Assembly: GCF_000981785.2 (NCBI RefSeq)
Contig: NZ_CP011304.1
Location: 3,270,001-3,302,000, forward strand
Direction of reading: 5' to 3'
DNA from: Microcystis aeruginosa NIES-2549
GTDB lineage: Bacteria > Cyanobacteriota > Cyanobacteriia > Cyanobacteriales > Microcystaceae
DNA: 32,000 bases
Positions within the stretch are counted from its first letter, which is position 1. The number at the start of each line of letters is the position of its first letter. The translations under genes and the position numbers were made by a program. Shown here piece after piece: positions 24,107 through 32,000 of this stretch. The notes under the pieces were generated by a model. It was not told where the DNA came from. It saw nothing but the letters and a program-made list of their open reading frames with translations, and did no database searches.

Positions 24107-25270
24107 CTACAAAGTGCCGATAAACTTATCAATGCGATCGAATCCTTTTTCAATCGTCTTTAGGTCTGTAGCATAGGAAAGACGAATACAATCATCAGCA
24201 CCGAAAGCAATACCGGGGATAGCGGCTACTTTTTGGGTTTCTAGGAGTTTCTGACAAAAATCCCGGGATTTTAAACCAGTTTGACTAATATCGATAAACA
24301 CATAAAAAGCACCGTTGGGAGTAGGACAATTGAGTCCAGGGAGCGATCGCACTCGTTCTAAAATATACTGTCGGCGCTGGCTAAAAGCTTTGACCATTTC
24401 CTCGATGCAATCTTGGGGACTCTCTAAAGCAGCGATCGCACCGTACTGGGCAAAAGTGCAGACATTAGAGGTACTATGACCTTGGATATTAGTCATGGCC
24501 TCGACAATTTCCACCGGTCCTGCTATGTAACCGACGCGCCACCCCGTCATCGAGAAAGCTTTAGCAAAACCATTACTAATAATACTGCGCTGAAAGATTT
24601 CCGGACCCAAAGAAGCGATACTGCGGTGAATTGCGCCATCATAGAGGATTTTCTCGTAAATTTCGTCAGAAACGACTAAAATATCCTTTTCAACCACAAT
24701 TTTTGCTAAAGCTGCGATTTCTTCGGGAGTATAGACAATACCGGTAGGATTAGAGGGAGAATTGAGAACAAATAATTTAGTTTTCGGTGTAATTGCCGCT
24801 TCTAGCTGTTCGGGGGTGATTTTATACTGATTCTCTAGGCTAGTGTTCACTATAACCGATGTTCCCCCCGCTAACGTCACCATTTCAGGATAACTCAACC
24901 AGTAGGGTGCGGGAATAATTACTTCGTCCCCCGCTTCAATTAACGCCATGATTAGATTATAGAGAGACTGTTTACCCCCATTGGTAACGATGATATTATC
25001 GGCATTGTATGCTAGTTGATTATCCCGCAGTAATTTCTCGGCGATGGCTTTTCTTAACCCTGGTTCTCCGGCAGCAGGTCCGTAGCGAGTTTTTCCCTCA
25101 TCGAGGGCCTTTTTCGCGGCAGCTTTGATGTGAATGGGTGTGTCGAAATCTGGCTCCCCGGCGCTAAAACTACAGACATCTTCGCCGTTTTTCTTCATTT
25201 CCTTGGCCAGAGAGTCGATAGCTAGGGTAAGGGAGGGGGTGACTTGATTGACTCGTGACGCTAGTTTCAT
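24107..25270 (-). CDS. Aspartate aminotransferase (class I PLP-dependent aminotransferase)
   Basis: [27 protein letters not shown] and [17 protein letters not shown] (PLP lysine region). Confidence 0.85.
   Translation of the reverse strand: MKLASRVNQVTPSLTLAIDSLAKEMKKNGEDVCSFSAGEPDFDTPIHIKAAAKKALDEGKTRYGPAAGEPGLRKAIAEKLLRDNQLAYNADNIIVTNGGKQSLYNLIMALIEAGDEVIIPAPYWLSYPEMVTLAGGTSVIVNTSLENQYKITPEQLEAAITPKTKLFVLNSPSNPTGIVYTPEEIAALAKIVVEKDILVVSDEIYEKILYDGAIHRSIASLGPEIFQRSIISNGFAKAFSMTGWRVGYIAGPVEIVEAMTNIQGHSTSNVCTFAQYGAIAALESPQDCIEEMVKAFSQRRQYILERVRSLPGLNCPTPNGAFYVFIDISQTGLKSRDFCQKLLETQKVAAIPGIAFGADDCIRLSYATDLKTIEKGFDRIDKFIGTL
24343..24350. repeat. HIP1 palindrome GCGATCGC (representative copy)
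   Basis: Further perfect copies were read at 595-602, 804-811, 16156-16163, 16285-16292 and 24431-24438. The list is not exhaustive. Confidence 0.9.
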
Positions 25271-25387
25271 AGTATTTTACCCTGACAGGGCTTTTCTGAT
25301 GACCTACACAACCTTTAGTATTGTCCATCACCTCGATTGTTCTGGGTGTTTTTTTATATAATCTCCGGAATTGCGGCGCTTAGGGAT

Positions 25388-25473
25388 GGGTGTGGGGTGT
25401 GGGGTGTGGGGTGATGGGGTGTGGGGTGATGGGGTGTGGGGTGTGGGGTGTGGGGTGTGGGGTGTGGGGTGAT
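25388..25473 (+). repeat. G-rich tandem array, 12 units of GGGGTGT / GGGGTGAT
   Basis: A unit-by-unit read gives one GGGTGT, eight GGGGTGT and three GGGGTGAT. That is eleven G4 runs and one G3 run on the plus strand. Confidence 0.95.
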
Positions 25474-25491
25474 GAGGAGAACAAAGCTGCT

Positions 25492-25554
25492 TTTTGCCTT
25501 TTGCCTTTTGCCTTTTGCCTTTTGCCTTTTGCCTTTTGCCTTTTGCCTTTTGCC
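25492..25554 (+). repeat. Perfect heptamer array (TTTTGCC) x9
   Basis: Nine perfect units end 4 nt before the stop codon (25559-25561) of the restriction-modification gene. Confidence 0.95.
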
Positions 25555-25558
25555 TTCG

Positions 25559-28321
25559 TTATTGAGGATTTTTTCTTTTCGGGGGTTTTTGTTTGCTGGT
25601 AGGGAGTAGGGGAGCGGTTAATTTTTCGTAGAGTTCAAAGAGGTATTCAATACGGTTTAATTCACTGGTGAAAGGTTGGGGACGATAACACAAATCAACA
25701 GCTTTGTCAAGTTTTTGGTGAGCTTTGAGCAAGTCGGGAGGCATAGTTAAAGGATCGTATAAATCCGCAAGGCTACTATCGGGATATTTTACCCTAGTAT
25801 CTAGCACAGCTTGAGCGCAAGTTTCAACGGTTTGTTTTTGTTTGTCGGTGATATTTTCTGGAAAGGGGTAGTTATTATAAACAATATCTTTTGAGTAACG
25901 ATAATCACTTTTTAATCTCCCACAGACATATTTAACCCATGCCATGTGCATTTCTGAAGTAAGAATACCAAATAAATATAGATTGGCATTAGGAATTAAT
26001 AAAACTTGATCATTACCAATCACATTTTTATTCATAAAACCTATCGGAATATATTTTCTTCTTTCAGATGAGACACGGGGAACAAGTAAATAATTAGTAT
26101 CGGGTTGTGCTATTTGACAGAATAGAGTAGGTGTCGCCGCAAATTTACGAGTAGAAGCAGCTTTACTTTTTAATCTAAAATTTTTAACCTTATCTACTCT
26201 TTTGATGACTTCTGGTAATGTCTTTAATTCAGTGGGAGAAATATCAACTAACCATAGACAATAGCGACTATAACCATTAATAAATTCTTGCGCTCCTGTA
26301 TAAGGTTTAATCCATTTTTCTGCCTTCGGCTCTAATTTTAAAAATTCTTCTTTTTCCAGTTCTGTAAAAATAAAATTACCACCATCTCTTGGCATACTAC
26401 CAAAACGCATTAATGGAACATTAGATAAAGGAAAACTTCGATTAGAAATAATGATGTCACTTCCATCAACCAAATAGGGATTAATATTATTAGACTGAAC
26501 AACTAATGATTCACCTTGAATATCTTCATAATCAAATAGGATTTTAGTTGTTATATTAAAACTTCCAAAGCCAATAATAACACAATGAACTGCGGCGTTT
26601 CCTTTTGCTTCATTACTCCATTTAAAAGTACGATGGGCAAAATGAATTTTTAAATGATATTTTTGAAAAAGAATATTCCAAAGTAAGGCAACTTGCTCAC
26701 CTTGAGATATAGAATTTGTGGAAACAAAAGCAACCCTGATTCTATTGCCCTGAATTATTTGAGCAGCCTTGATATACCATGCACACACATAATCTAAAAC
26801 GCCTATTCCTTTCTCACCGTCGAAAACATAAGCCATATCATTCCTTTGCTGTTCGTTCATAATCATCGCACCCACAAAAGGAGGATTCCCTAAAATAAAA
26901 TTGAGCTTCTCTTTTGAGATAACTTCCTCCCAATCAATCCGCAAGGCATTTCCATGAACAATCTTTGCCGCTTTCTTTAATGGTAAACGCACAAAATACT
27001 GACCAAAAGTATTACTAACTTTAATATTCATCTGATGATCAATTAACCACATTGCCACCTCTGCCACCCTCACCGCAAACTCATCGTATTCAATACCAGC
27101 AAACTGGTTTACATCTACCTGAATAATAGCACTAATATCTGTTACTAACTGCCCCGTTTTATCTAATTTATCTAACTCCTGTAATACCAAAATCTCTAAA
27201 TCTCTTAACTCTCGATAGGTAATAATTAAAAAGTTGCCGCAACCACAGGCAGGATCAAGAAAATATAAATTAGCAATCTTTTTCTGAAATTCTAGTAATT
27301 TATTGCGATTGCCTTTAATCTTCTCAAATTCTCTGTGTAAATCATCTAAAAATAACGGTTTAATCACCTTTTGAATGTTCTTCTCGGAGGTATAATGCGC
27401 CCCTAAATTGCGTCGCTCTTTTGGATTCATTACCGCTTGAAACATAGAGCCAAAAATAGCAGGGGAAATTTTTCCCCAATCAAAAGCACAAGCTTCTAAT
27501 AACATGACTCGCATCTTGCTATCAAAAGCCGCTAAGGGTAATGACTCCTCAAATAACTTGCCATTTATGTAGGGAAATTGAGTTAAATTCTCATCGAGAT
27601 TTTTTAATCTTTTGTCTTCTGGTGTATTCAAAACCTGAAAAATATAAGCGATGTGCATCGCCAAATCACTGCCATCTTCTTTGGTATGTATATCAATATA
27701 TTCCCAGAAAATACCCTTATTAAAAATACCCGTATCATCGGCAAATAAACAAAATAATAAACGCACTAGATAAACTTCTAAATTATGCCCCATATAACCA
27801 ATTTCTTTGAGGCAATCATGAAGTTTTCCCATTAACTCGGCTGCTTGAATATTGACGGGATCTTCGTCTTTATAAACTCGCTTTTCGTAACCAGCAATAA
27901 AATCAAATAAATGAACGTTATCAACAAAATTACTTAATTCAAATTCCCATTGATTTCCTGAATCTAAATCATATAATTTAAACCGTTGAAAATCCGATAC
28001 TAAAATATAACGCGGTAACTCATGTTCCTTTAAATTGGGAAAATAATCCTTAGCCTGTTGTGTGGCTTTTTCTAAATCTTTCCCCTTCGATTTATGCTCA
28101 ACTAAAATCGTTCCTTTCCAGAGTAAATCAATAAAACCCTGTTTATTATCTGCTTTTTTTATCGGTTGCTCAAAACTAGCTACCCTACGCCGTGAAATGC
28201 CAAAGACATTAAAAAAATCATTCCAAAAAGACTGAGATTCTGCTTTTTCTGAAGTCTCTCCTTCCCACTCTTTTTGAAAAGCGATGGCGCGATTTTTAAT
28301 TTCATTCCAACTTAAAGGCAT
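25559..28321 (-). CDS. MmeI-family type IIL (IIG) bifunctional restriction endonuclease / N6-adenine DNA methyltransferase
   Basis: 920 aa, colinear with MmeI from memory. The N-terminal nuclease motif is FIDLLWKGTILVEHKSKGKDL (about 28081-28140). SAM motif I is FLDPACGCGNFL. The catalytic NPPF sits in ILGNPPFVG (codons at 26876-26887). The C-terminal target-recognition region ends LYDP..MP..LLKAHQKLDKAVD. Confidence 0.9.
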   Translation of the reverse strand: MPLSWNEIKNRAIAFQKEWEGETSEKAESQSFWNDFFNVFGISRRRVASFEQPIKKADNKQGFIDLLWKGTILVEHKSKGKDLEKATQQAKDYFPNLKEHELPRYILVSDFQRFKLYDLDSGNQWEFELSNFVDNVHLFDFIAGYEKRVYKDEDPVNIQAAELMGKLHDCLKEIGYMGHNLEVYLVRLLFCLFADDTGIFNKGIFWEYIDIHTKEDGSDLAMHIAYIFQVLNTPEDKRLKNLDENLTQFPYINGKLFEESLPLAAFDSKMRVMLLEACAFDWGKISPAIFGSMFQAVMNPKERRNLGAHYTSEKNIQKVIKPLFLDDLHREFEKIKGNRNKLLEFQKKIANLYFLDPACGCGNFLIITYRELRDLEILVLQELDKLDKTGQLVTDISAIIQVDVNQFAGIEYDEFAVRVAEVAMWLIDHQMNIKVSNTFGQYFVRLPLKKAAKIVHGNALRIDWEEVISKEKLNFILGNPPFVGAMIMNEQQRNDMAYVFDGEKGIGVLDYVCAWYIKAAQIIQGNRIRVAFVSTNSISQGEQVALLWNILFQKYHLKIHFAHRTFKWSNEAKGNAAVHCVIIGFGSFNITTKILFDYEDIQGESLVVQSNNINPYLVDGSDIIISNRSFPLSNVPLMRFGSMPRDGGNFIFTELEKEEFLKLEPKAEKWIKPYTGAQEFINGYSRYCLWLVDISPTELKTLPEVIKRVDKVKNFRLKSKAASTRKFAATPTLFCQIAQPDTNYLLVPRVSSERRKYIPIGFMNKNVIGNDQVLLIPNANLYLFGILTSEMHMAWVKYVCGRLKSDYRYSKDIVYNNYPFPENITDKQKQTVETCAQAVLDTRVKYPDSSLADLYDPLTMPPDLLKAHQKLDKAVDLCYRPQPFTSELNRIEYLFELYEKLTAPLLPTSKQKPPKRKNPQ

Positions 28322-28531
28322 AGTTTTAAATCCTTATCTTTCGCGGGTTTGCTCAAAGATAGTAGAAAATGGTGTAGGGAGCCAGATGCAGTCAGCAAGG
28401 GATACAGATAGTTTCCATTTTAGGTGATTTTTTGGTAAACTACAAGGGAAGCTAGAAATTAGTAACGCCTTGAGAATTGTAGCCGCTTAGTTATCAATCT
28501 AGTTATTGACTCGAAGGAACAACTTATCGCT

Positions 28532-28999
28532 ATGTCCAAAACTCTCTACGAACAAGATTTTCAAGTATGGCTCGCAACAACAATTAGCCACCTACAGAAG
28601 CGGGAATTTGCTGCGCTGGATACTGATAACTTAATTGAGGAGTTAACCGAGTTGGGAAAATCGGAAAAAAGAACTTTAGAAAGTAATTTGATGATTCTTT
28701 TAGCTCATTTGCTCAAATTAAAAGTACAGCAGGACGCACCGCCATCAATGAAGGATAGCTGGTATTGTTCTATTATTGAGCATCGCCAGCGAATTGAGAA
28801 AAACTTACGCAATACGCCTTCCCTGAAATCCTATCTAGAAACTGCTATCGAGGAAGCTTATCCAGATGCTCGTCAAGTGGCAATTAAGGAAGGGAAACTT
28901 GCTCAATTTGGTGTTCGGATTCCCCCAGAAAATGATTATCCTCAAATTTGTCCTTTCTTGCCAGAGCAAATCTTAGATGAGAACTTCTATGGCAATTGA
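28532..28999 (+). CDS. DUF29 family protein
   Basis: LYEQDFQVWLATTISHLQKREFAALDTDNLIEELTELGKSEKRTLESNL..LLAHLLKLKVQ is the DUF29 pattern. It is divergent from the RM gene. Confidence 0.8.
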   Translation: MSKTLYEQDFQVWLATTISHLQKREFAALDTDNLIEELTELGKSEKRTLESNLMILLAHLLKLKVQQDAPPSMKDSWYCSIIEHRQRIEKNLRNTPSLKSYLETAIEEAYPDARQVAIKEGKLAQFGVRIPPENDYPQICPFLPEQILDENFYGN

Positions 29000-29097
29000 C
29001 CAAATGTGTCTCAGCTTATAATAATATGAACAACCACAAAGGCACAAAGGACACAAAGATTAGGTTTTTCTGGCAACCCTAACTAAAACTTACCTGA

Positions 29098-29131
29098 ACA
29101 AAAGCCCCCAGAAAACATCACTTTCTAGGGG
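29098..29131 (-). terminator. Candidate terminator downstream of the MoaD/ThiS-like gene
   Basis: The minus strand reads CCCCTAGAAA...TTTCTGGGG (one bulge) followed by GCTTTTGTT. Confidence 0.4.
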
Positions 29132-29169
29132 TTTAATTACAATTGACGGAAAACAAACTTATGGGGAGG

Positions 29170-29454
29170 TTAACCTCCAGCCACCGCAGGAACGATACTG
29201 ACTTCATCGCCATCTTTTAAGGGGGTTTTTGTCCCATCGAGGAAGCGAATATCTTCACTGTTGACGTAGAAATTTAAAAAGCGCCGGGGTGCGCCCTCTT
29301 CATCGCATAAGCGGGCCTTAATACCGGGGAAACTTGCTTCTAAGGATTCGATTAAATCACCGACATTACTAGCACTACACTCGACGGTAGCCTTATTTTT
29401 TGTAAATTGTTGCAGGGGAGTGGGAACGAGAACTTTTACGGCCATAGATATCAA
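29170..29454 (-). CDS. MoaD/ThiS-family ubiquitin-like sulfur carrier protein
   Basis: 94 aa beta-grasp-sized protein ending ...[14 protein letters not shown]. The C-terminal Gly-Gly is typical of thiocarboxylate carriers. Confidence 0.8.
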   Translation of the reverse strand: MISMAVKVLVPTPLQQFTKNKATVECSASNVGDLIESLEASFPGIKARLCDEEGAPRRFLNFYVNSEDIRFLDGTKTPLKDGDEVSIVPAVAGG

Positions 29455-29551
29455 GGAAAAAGTGGAAAGGACAGTAAGCTGCGCGCAAATTTAAATTGCT
29501 TGTGGAGATGAGGCAAGGGGATAATCGCCCCATCATCCCTGAACATCAATT

Positions 29552-30856
29552 CTAGACGAGAACCTGTTGCCATTCGAGGCGTTCGAGGGTGCGGGAACGT
29601 TCCAGGGCCCGTTCAAAGCTTTCTAATTTCGGTTCGATTAACAGGGGTTCACCGATATAACCCTGTACCGCTTCTTGGGTTTTTAGACCATTACCGGTGA
29701 TATAAACGACCGTGGTTTCTTCAGGGTCGATTTTACCCGCTTCTACTAATTTTTTCAAGACAGCGATAGTTGTACCGCCTGCGGTTTCCGTGAAAATGCC
29801 TTCCGTTTCTGCCAAAAGTTTAATACCTTCGATAATTTCGGCATCGGTGACGGATTCAATATTACCGCCAGTTTTACGCGCAATATCAAGGGCATAAACA
29901 CCATCGGCGGGATTACCAATAGCGATCGATTTGGCGATAGTATTGGGTTTAACTGGGGCGACAAAATCCCGTCCTTCCTTGAAAGCTTGGGCAATGGGGG
30001 AACAACCCTCCGCTTGAGCGCCACTAAAACGCACTGCTTTATCTGCCACCAAACCGACTTTGACGAATTCTTGGAAGCCTTTATAAATCTTGGTAAAGAG
30101 GGAACCACTGGCTAAAGGTGCGACAATATGGTCGGGGAGTTTCCAGCCTAATTGTTCAGCCACTTCAAAGCCTAAAGTTTTGGAACCTTCGGAATAGTAG
30201 GGACGCAGATTGATGTTGACAAAACCCCAACCGTAGGTATTGCCCACTTCTGAACAGAGACGGTTAACTTGATCGTAGTTGCCTTTAACTGCCATGACCG
30301 TGGGATTATAGATTAGGGTGCCGAGAATTTTACCCGCTTCTAAGTCGGAGGGAATGAAAACACAACAGTCTAAACCGGCGTGAGCGGCAATAGCGGCGGT
30401 GGAATTGGCCAGATTTCCCGTACTAGCACAGGAAACGGTAGTAAAACCTAATTCTTTAGCCCGGGTAAGGGCGACGGATACCACTCTATCTTTGAAGCTG
30501 AGAGTGGGCATATTGACGGCATCATTTTTAATGTAGAGATTTTTGAGACCCAAGCGCCGGGCTAAACGGTGGGATTTAACTAGGGGAGTCATACCCGTAC
30601 CCACATCGATGGGATTTTCACTTTCCACCGGCAAAAAGGAACGATAGCGCCAGATGGAATTGGGACCTGCTTGAATGCTTTCTCTGGTAACGGTGCGACG
30701 GATGAGGTCGTAATCGTAGTCCACTTCCAGGGGGGCAAAGGTTTCTTCGCAGATATTCAGCGCTTTCAGGGGGTAGGAGGTCCCTCCTTCCTTAGAAACC
30801 AAGCGGGTAAAGGTGGGGATGAATTTTGAGGTTTCGATGTTTGTCGCTAGGGTCAT
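29552..30856 (-). CDS. thrC: Threonine synthase (fold-type II PLP enzyme)
   Basis: PTLSFKDRVVSVAL (PLP lysine motif), SCASTGNLANS and GNPAD are typical of ThrC. Confidence 0.85.
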   Translation of the reverse strand: MTLATNIETSKFIPTFTRLVSKEGGTSYPLKALNICEETFAPLEVDYDYDLIRRTVTRESIQAGPNSIWRYRSFLPVESENPIDVGTGMTPLVKSHRLARRLGLKNLYIKNDAVNMPTLSFKDRVVSVALTRAKELGFTTVSCASTGNLANSTAAIAAHAGLDCCVFIPSDLEAGKILGTLIYNPTVMAVKGNYDQVNRLCSEVGNTYGWGFVNINLRPYYSEGSKTLGFEVAEQLGWKLPDHIVAPLASGSLFTKIYKGFQEFVKVGLVADKAVRFSGAQAEGCSPIAQAFKEGRDFVAPVKPNTIAKSIAIGNPADGVYALDIARKTGGNIESVTDAEIIEGIKLLAETEGIFTETAGGTTIAVLKKLVEAGKIDPEETTVVYITGNGLKTQEAVQGYIGEPLLIEPKLESFERALERSRTLERLEWQQVLV

Positions 30857-30922
30857 GATTTTCCTGTCTTGCCGTCAACTGATGTACAAACATCCTATCA
30901 CCGGCAAAATCTTGGTGTCAAA

Positions 30923-30949
30923 TATACCCGACTATTTTTGTCGGGTATA
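30923..30949. promoter_or_regulatory. Perfect 10-bp hairpin in the thrC upstream region
   Basis: TATACCCGAC-TATTTTT-GTCGGGTATA. On the minus strand it is followed by TTTG and lies about 66 nt upstream of the thrC ATG. Confidence 0.4.
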
Positions 30950-31304
30950 AATTTATACAAAAACTAGGTGATAATCTGGGGAGCAGCAAGGGTTAAGGGG
31001 AGATGGTTGGGCTGCCGTGTCAGGAAACTTCGGGGTAGTTTCAGGTCAAAAAAAGGACTAGGAGAAGGGATTTAAGTTTTTTAGGAGGTTACAGCCTATT
31101 TACTGCTAATTTTATCGAAATAAACCCTAATTTTTCTTTAAATAGCCTAAAAAGGGGGGCGATTAACTGCGGTTGCCAGAAAGTTTCTCGCTTTACTCAG
31201 GATAATTGTCAAGAAAAGTGACAAATTATGTGATTTTGTTGAGAAATAATAATTTTTCGGCTCTCCTCGACACCTATAGGTGAGCAGCAGAAGTTATTCA
31301 AAGA

Positions 31305-31370
31305 GGGCGAATGCAATTCGCCCCTACAATAATATGATTGCGCCAATGGTAGGGGCGCATCGCGTGCGCC
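31305..31370. repeat. Compound palindromic element (three adjacent hairpins)
   Basis: GGGCGAAT-GCA-ATTCGCCC, then CCCCTAC...GTAGGGG, then GGGCGCA-TCGCG-TGCGCCC. It looks like REP/MITE-type intergenic repeats. Confidence 0.6.
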
Positions 31371-31570
31371 CAAAATGTCATCTAGATATTTCGACCAAAT
31401 TGAGATGCACCCAAATTATCCCTATTCTTCTTCCTTCCACACAAAAACCAGAAGAGCCATTTTTCTGGGCTGCCAAATAAAATTGACCATTTCTTGCGGC
31501 AGTACCCAGATTTCCCATTCTCCGCTTGTAATAAGTAGGGTCTGCTGAAAAAGTTTGTTGGTGGGGTTAG

Positions 31571-31589
31571 GAGACAGGAGACAGGAGAT
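31571..31589. repeat. Heptamer tandem repeat (GAGACAG) x2.7
   Basis: A direct read shows gagacag gagacag gagat. Confidence 0.8.
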
Positions 31590-31617
31590 TATTTTATTTA
31601 TTCTCCCTTCTCCCCAC

Positions 31618-31643
31618 TTCATAATTCATAATTCATAATTCAT
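31618..31643. repeat. Heptamer tandem repeat (ATAATTC) x3 plus partial units
   Basis: ttc ataattc ataattc ataattc atc. The array contains the rsmD stop codon (31633-31635). Confidence 0.85.
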
Positions 31644-32000
31644 CTGTTTTTTGATAAAAAGTTAAGGTAGTATTGCCGTAGCGTTTTTGACGACAAATGG
31701 TTAAACCTTCTAGATTAATTGCTGGCCAAGATTTGGGATTATGTTCCACGGCAATTTCCCCCAGAGAATCTAATAAATTATATTGAGAGATGGCAGTTAG
31801 TACCGGTAAATATAAACCGCTTTCATAGGGAGGGTCAAAATAAATTAAATCAAAACTTTCCCCTGCTAAAGTGGCTAACTTTGTCAGTACATCCCCCCGA
31901 ATTACTTGGAATTGCTGGGGAGAAGTTGCTAAATTGCGCCAATTTTCCTTAATAATTTCGCCAGCGCGTCCTGATTGTTCAATTCCGATTACTAGACTCG
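31633..32000 (-). CDS. rsmD: 16S rRNA (guanine966-N2)-methyltransferase RsmD; N-terminus beyond window edge
   Basis: Not in the ORF track because it is open at the window edge. The minus-strand translation is ...SLVIGIEQSGRAGEIIKENWRNLA...FDLIYFDPPYESGLY...IAVEH...RQKRYGNTTLTFYQK. The DPPY catalytic motif and overall pattern match RsmD. Confidence 0.8.
   Translation of the reverse strand, partial: SLVIGIEQSGRAGEIIKENWRNLATSPQQFQVIRGDVLTKLATLAGESFDLIYFDPPYESGLYLPVLTAISQYNLLDSLGEIAVEHNPKSWPAINLEGLTICRQKRYGNTTLTFYQKTDEL

Noticed and set aside
25388-25554. Possible CRISPR array, given the regular repeats
   Set aside because: The period is 7-8 nt with no unique spacers, and no cas genes are nearby. 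These are simple tandem (STRR-like) repeats.
25390-25602. 70-aa plus-strand ORF (MWGVGCGVMGCGV...)
   Set aside because: It is a translation of the two tandem repeat arrays, so it is a low-complexity artefact.
25559-28321. BREX PglX methyltransferase
   Set aside because: No PglZ, BrxC, BrxL or other BREX genes are adjacent. The N-terminal D...EXK nuclease motif typical of stand-alone MmeI-type enzymes is present.
31209-31227. TGTCA-N7-TGACA palindrome as a CRP/NtcA-type operator
   Set aside because: The spacing and half-sites do not match the NtcA (GTA-N8-TAC) or CRP (TGTGA-N6-TCACA) consensus. It is mentioned only within the intergenic-region finding.
31280-31622. Two 66-aa ORFs (31280..31480 plus strand, 31422..31622 minus strand)
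   Set aside because: Both run through palindromic and heptamer repeat elements. They overlap each other and have no coding signature.

Overview
The window looks like chromosomal DNA from a unicellular, Microcystis-like cyanobacterium. This taxonomic call is an inference from several perfect HIP1 GCGATCGC palindromes, heptamer tandem repeats, PEP-CTERM proteins, DUF29 paralogs, DesB and a very high toxin-antitoxin (TA) density. Core genes are fabG (partial), an acyltransferase, uvrA, cysE, tsaB, tRNA-Lys(UUU), an aldose 1-epimerase, a phytol-kinase-like protein, yidD, a DUF2993 protein, a ferrochelatase-family protein with a poly-His tail, tRNA-Arg(UCU), desB, an aspartate aminotransferase, thrC with a MoaD/ThiS-like carrier, and rsmD (partial). 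Accessory content falls into three groups. (1) A VapBC pair plus DUF29 lies at 1.8-3.3 kb. (2) A ~7.6 kb TA cassette array between tRNA-Arg and desB (15.2-22.8 kb) holds at least seven intact modules: one unknown pair, DUF433/DUF5615, DUF2281-like/VapC, antitoxin/RelE-ParE, DUF2281-like/MazF, MNT/HepT and YefM/YoeB. It also holds decayed modules: a higB remnant beside intact higA, a hepT remnant, and an amber-interrupted gene. (3) A visibly AT-rich MmeI-family type IIL restriction-modification gene sits at 25.6-28.3 kb, next to G-rich and TTTTGCC tandem arrays. I see no clearly novel multi-gene machine. The strongest sequence-supported lead is the cassette architecture of the TA array. A ~130-165 bp repeat family sits at the 3' end of three minus-strand cassettes and brackets an uncharacterised two-gene module. 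A ~141 bp duplicated PEP-CTERM gene tail plus terminator brackets the MazEF-like cassette. Secondary leads are an MNT antitoxin whose catalytic GSX10DXD motif reads GDX10EXN, a His-tailed class II chelatase with an attenuator-like leader hairpin, the thrC/MoaD-like sulfur-carrier pair, and an antitoxin-like ORF translationally coupled to a SAM methyltransferase. All family assignments come from motif recognition by eye and from memory. No database search was run.
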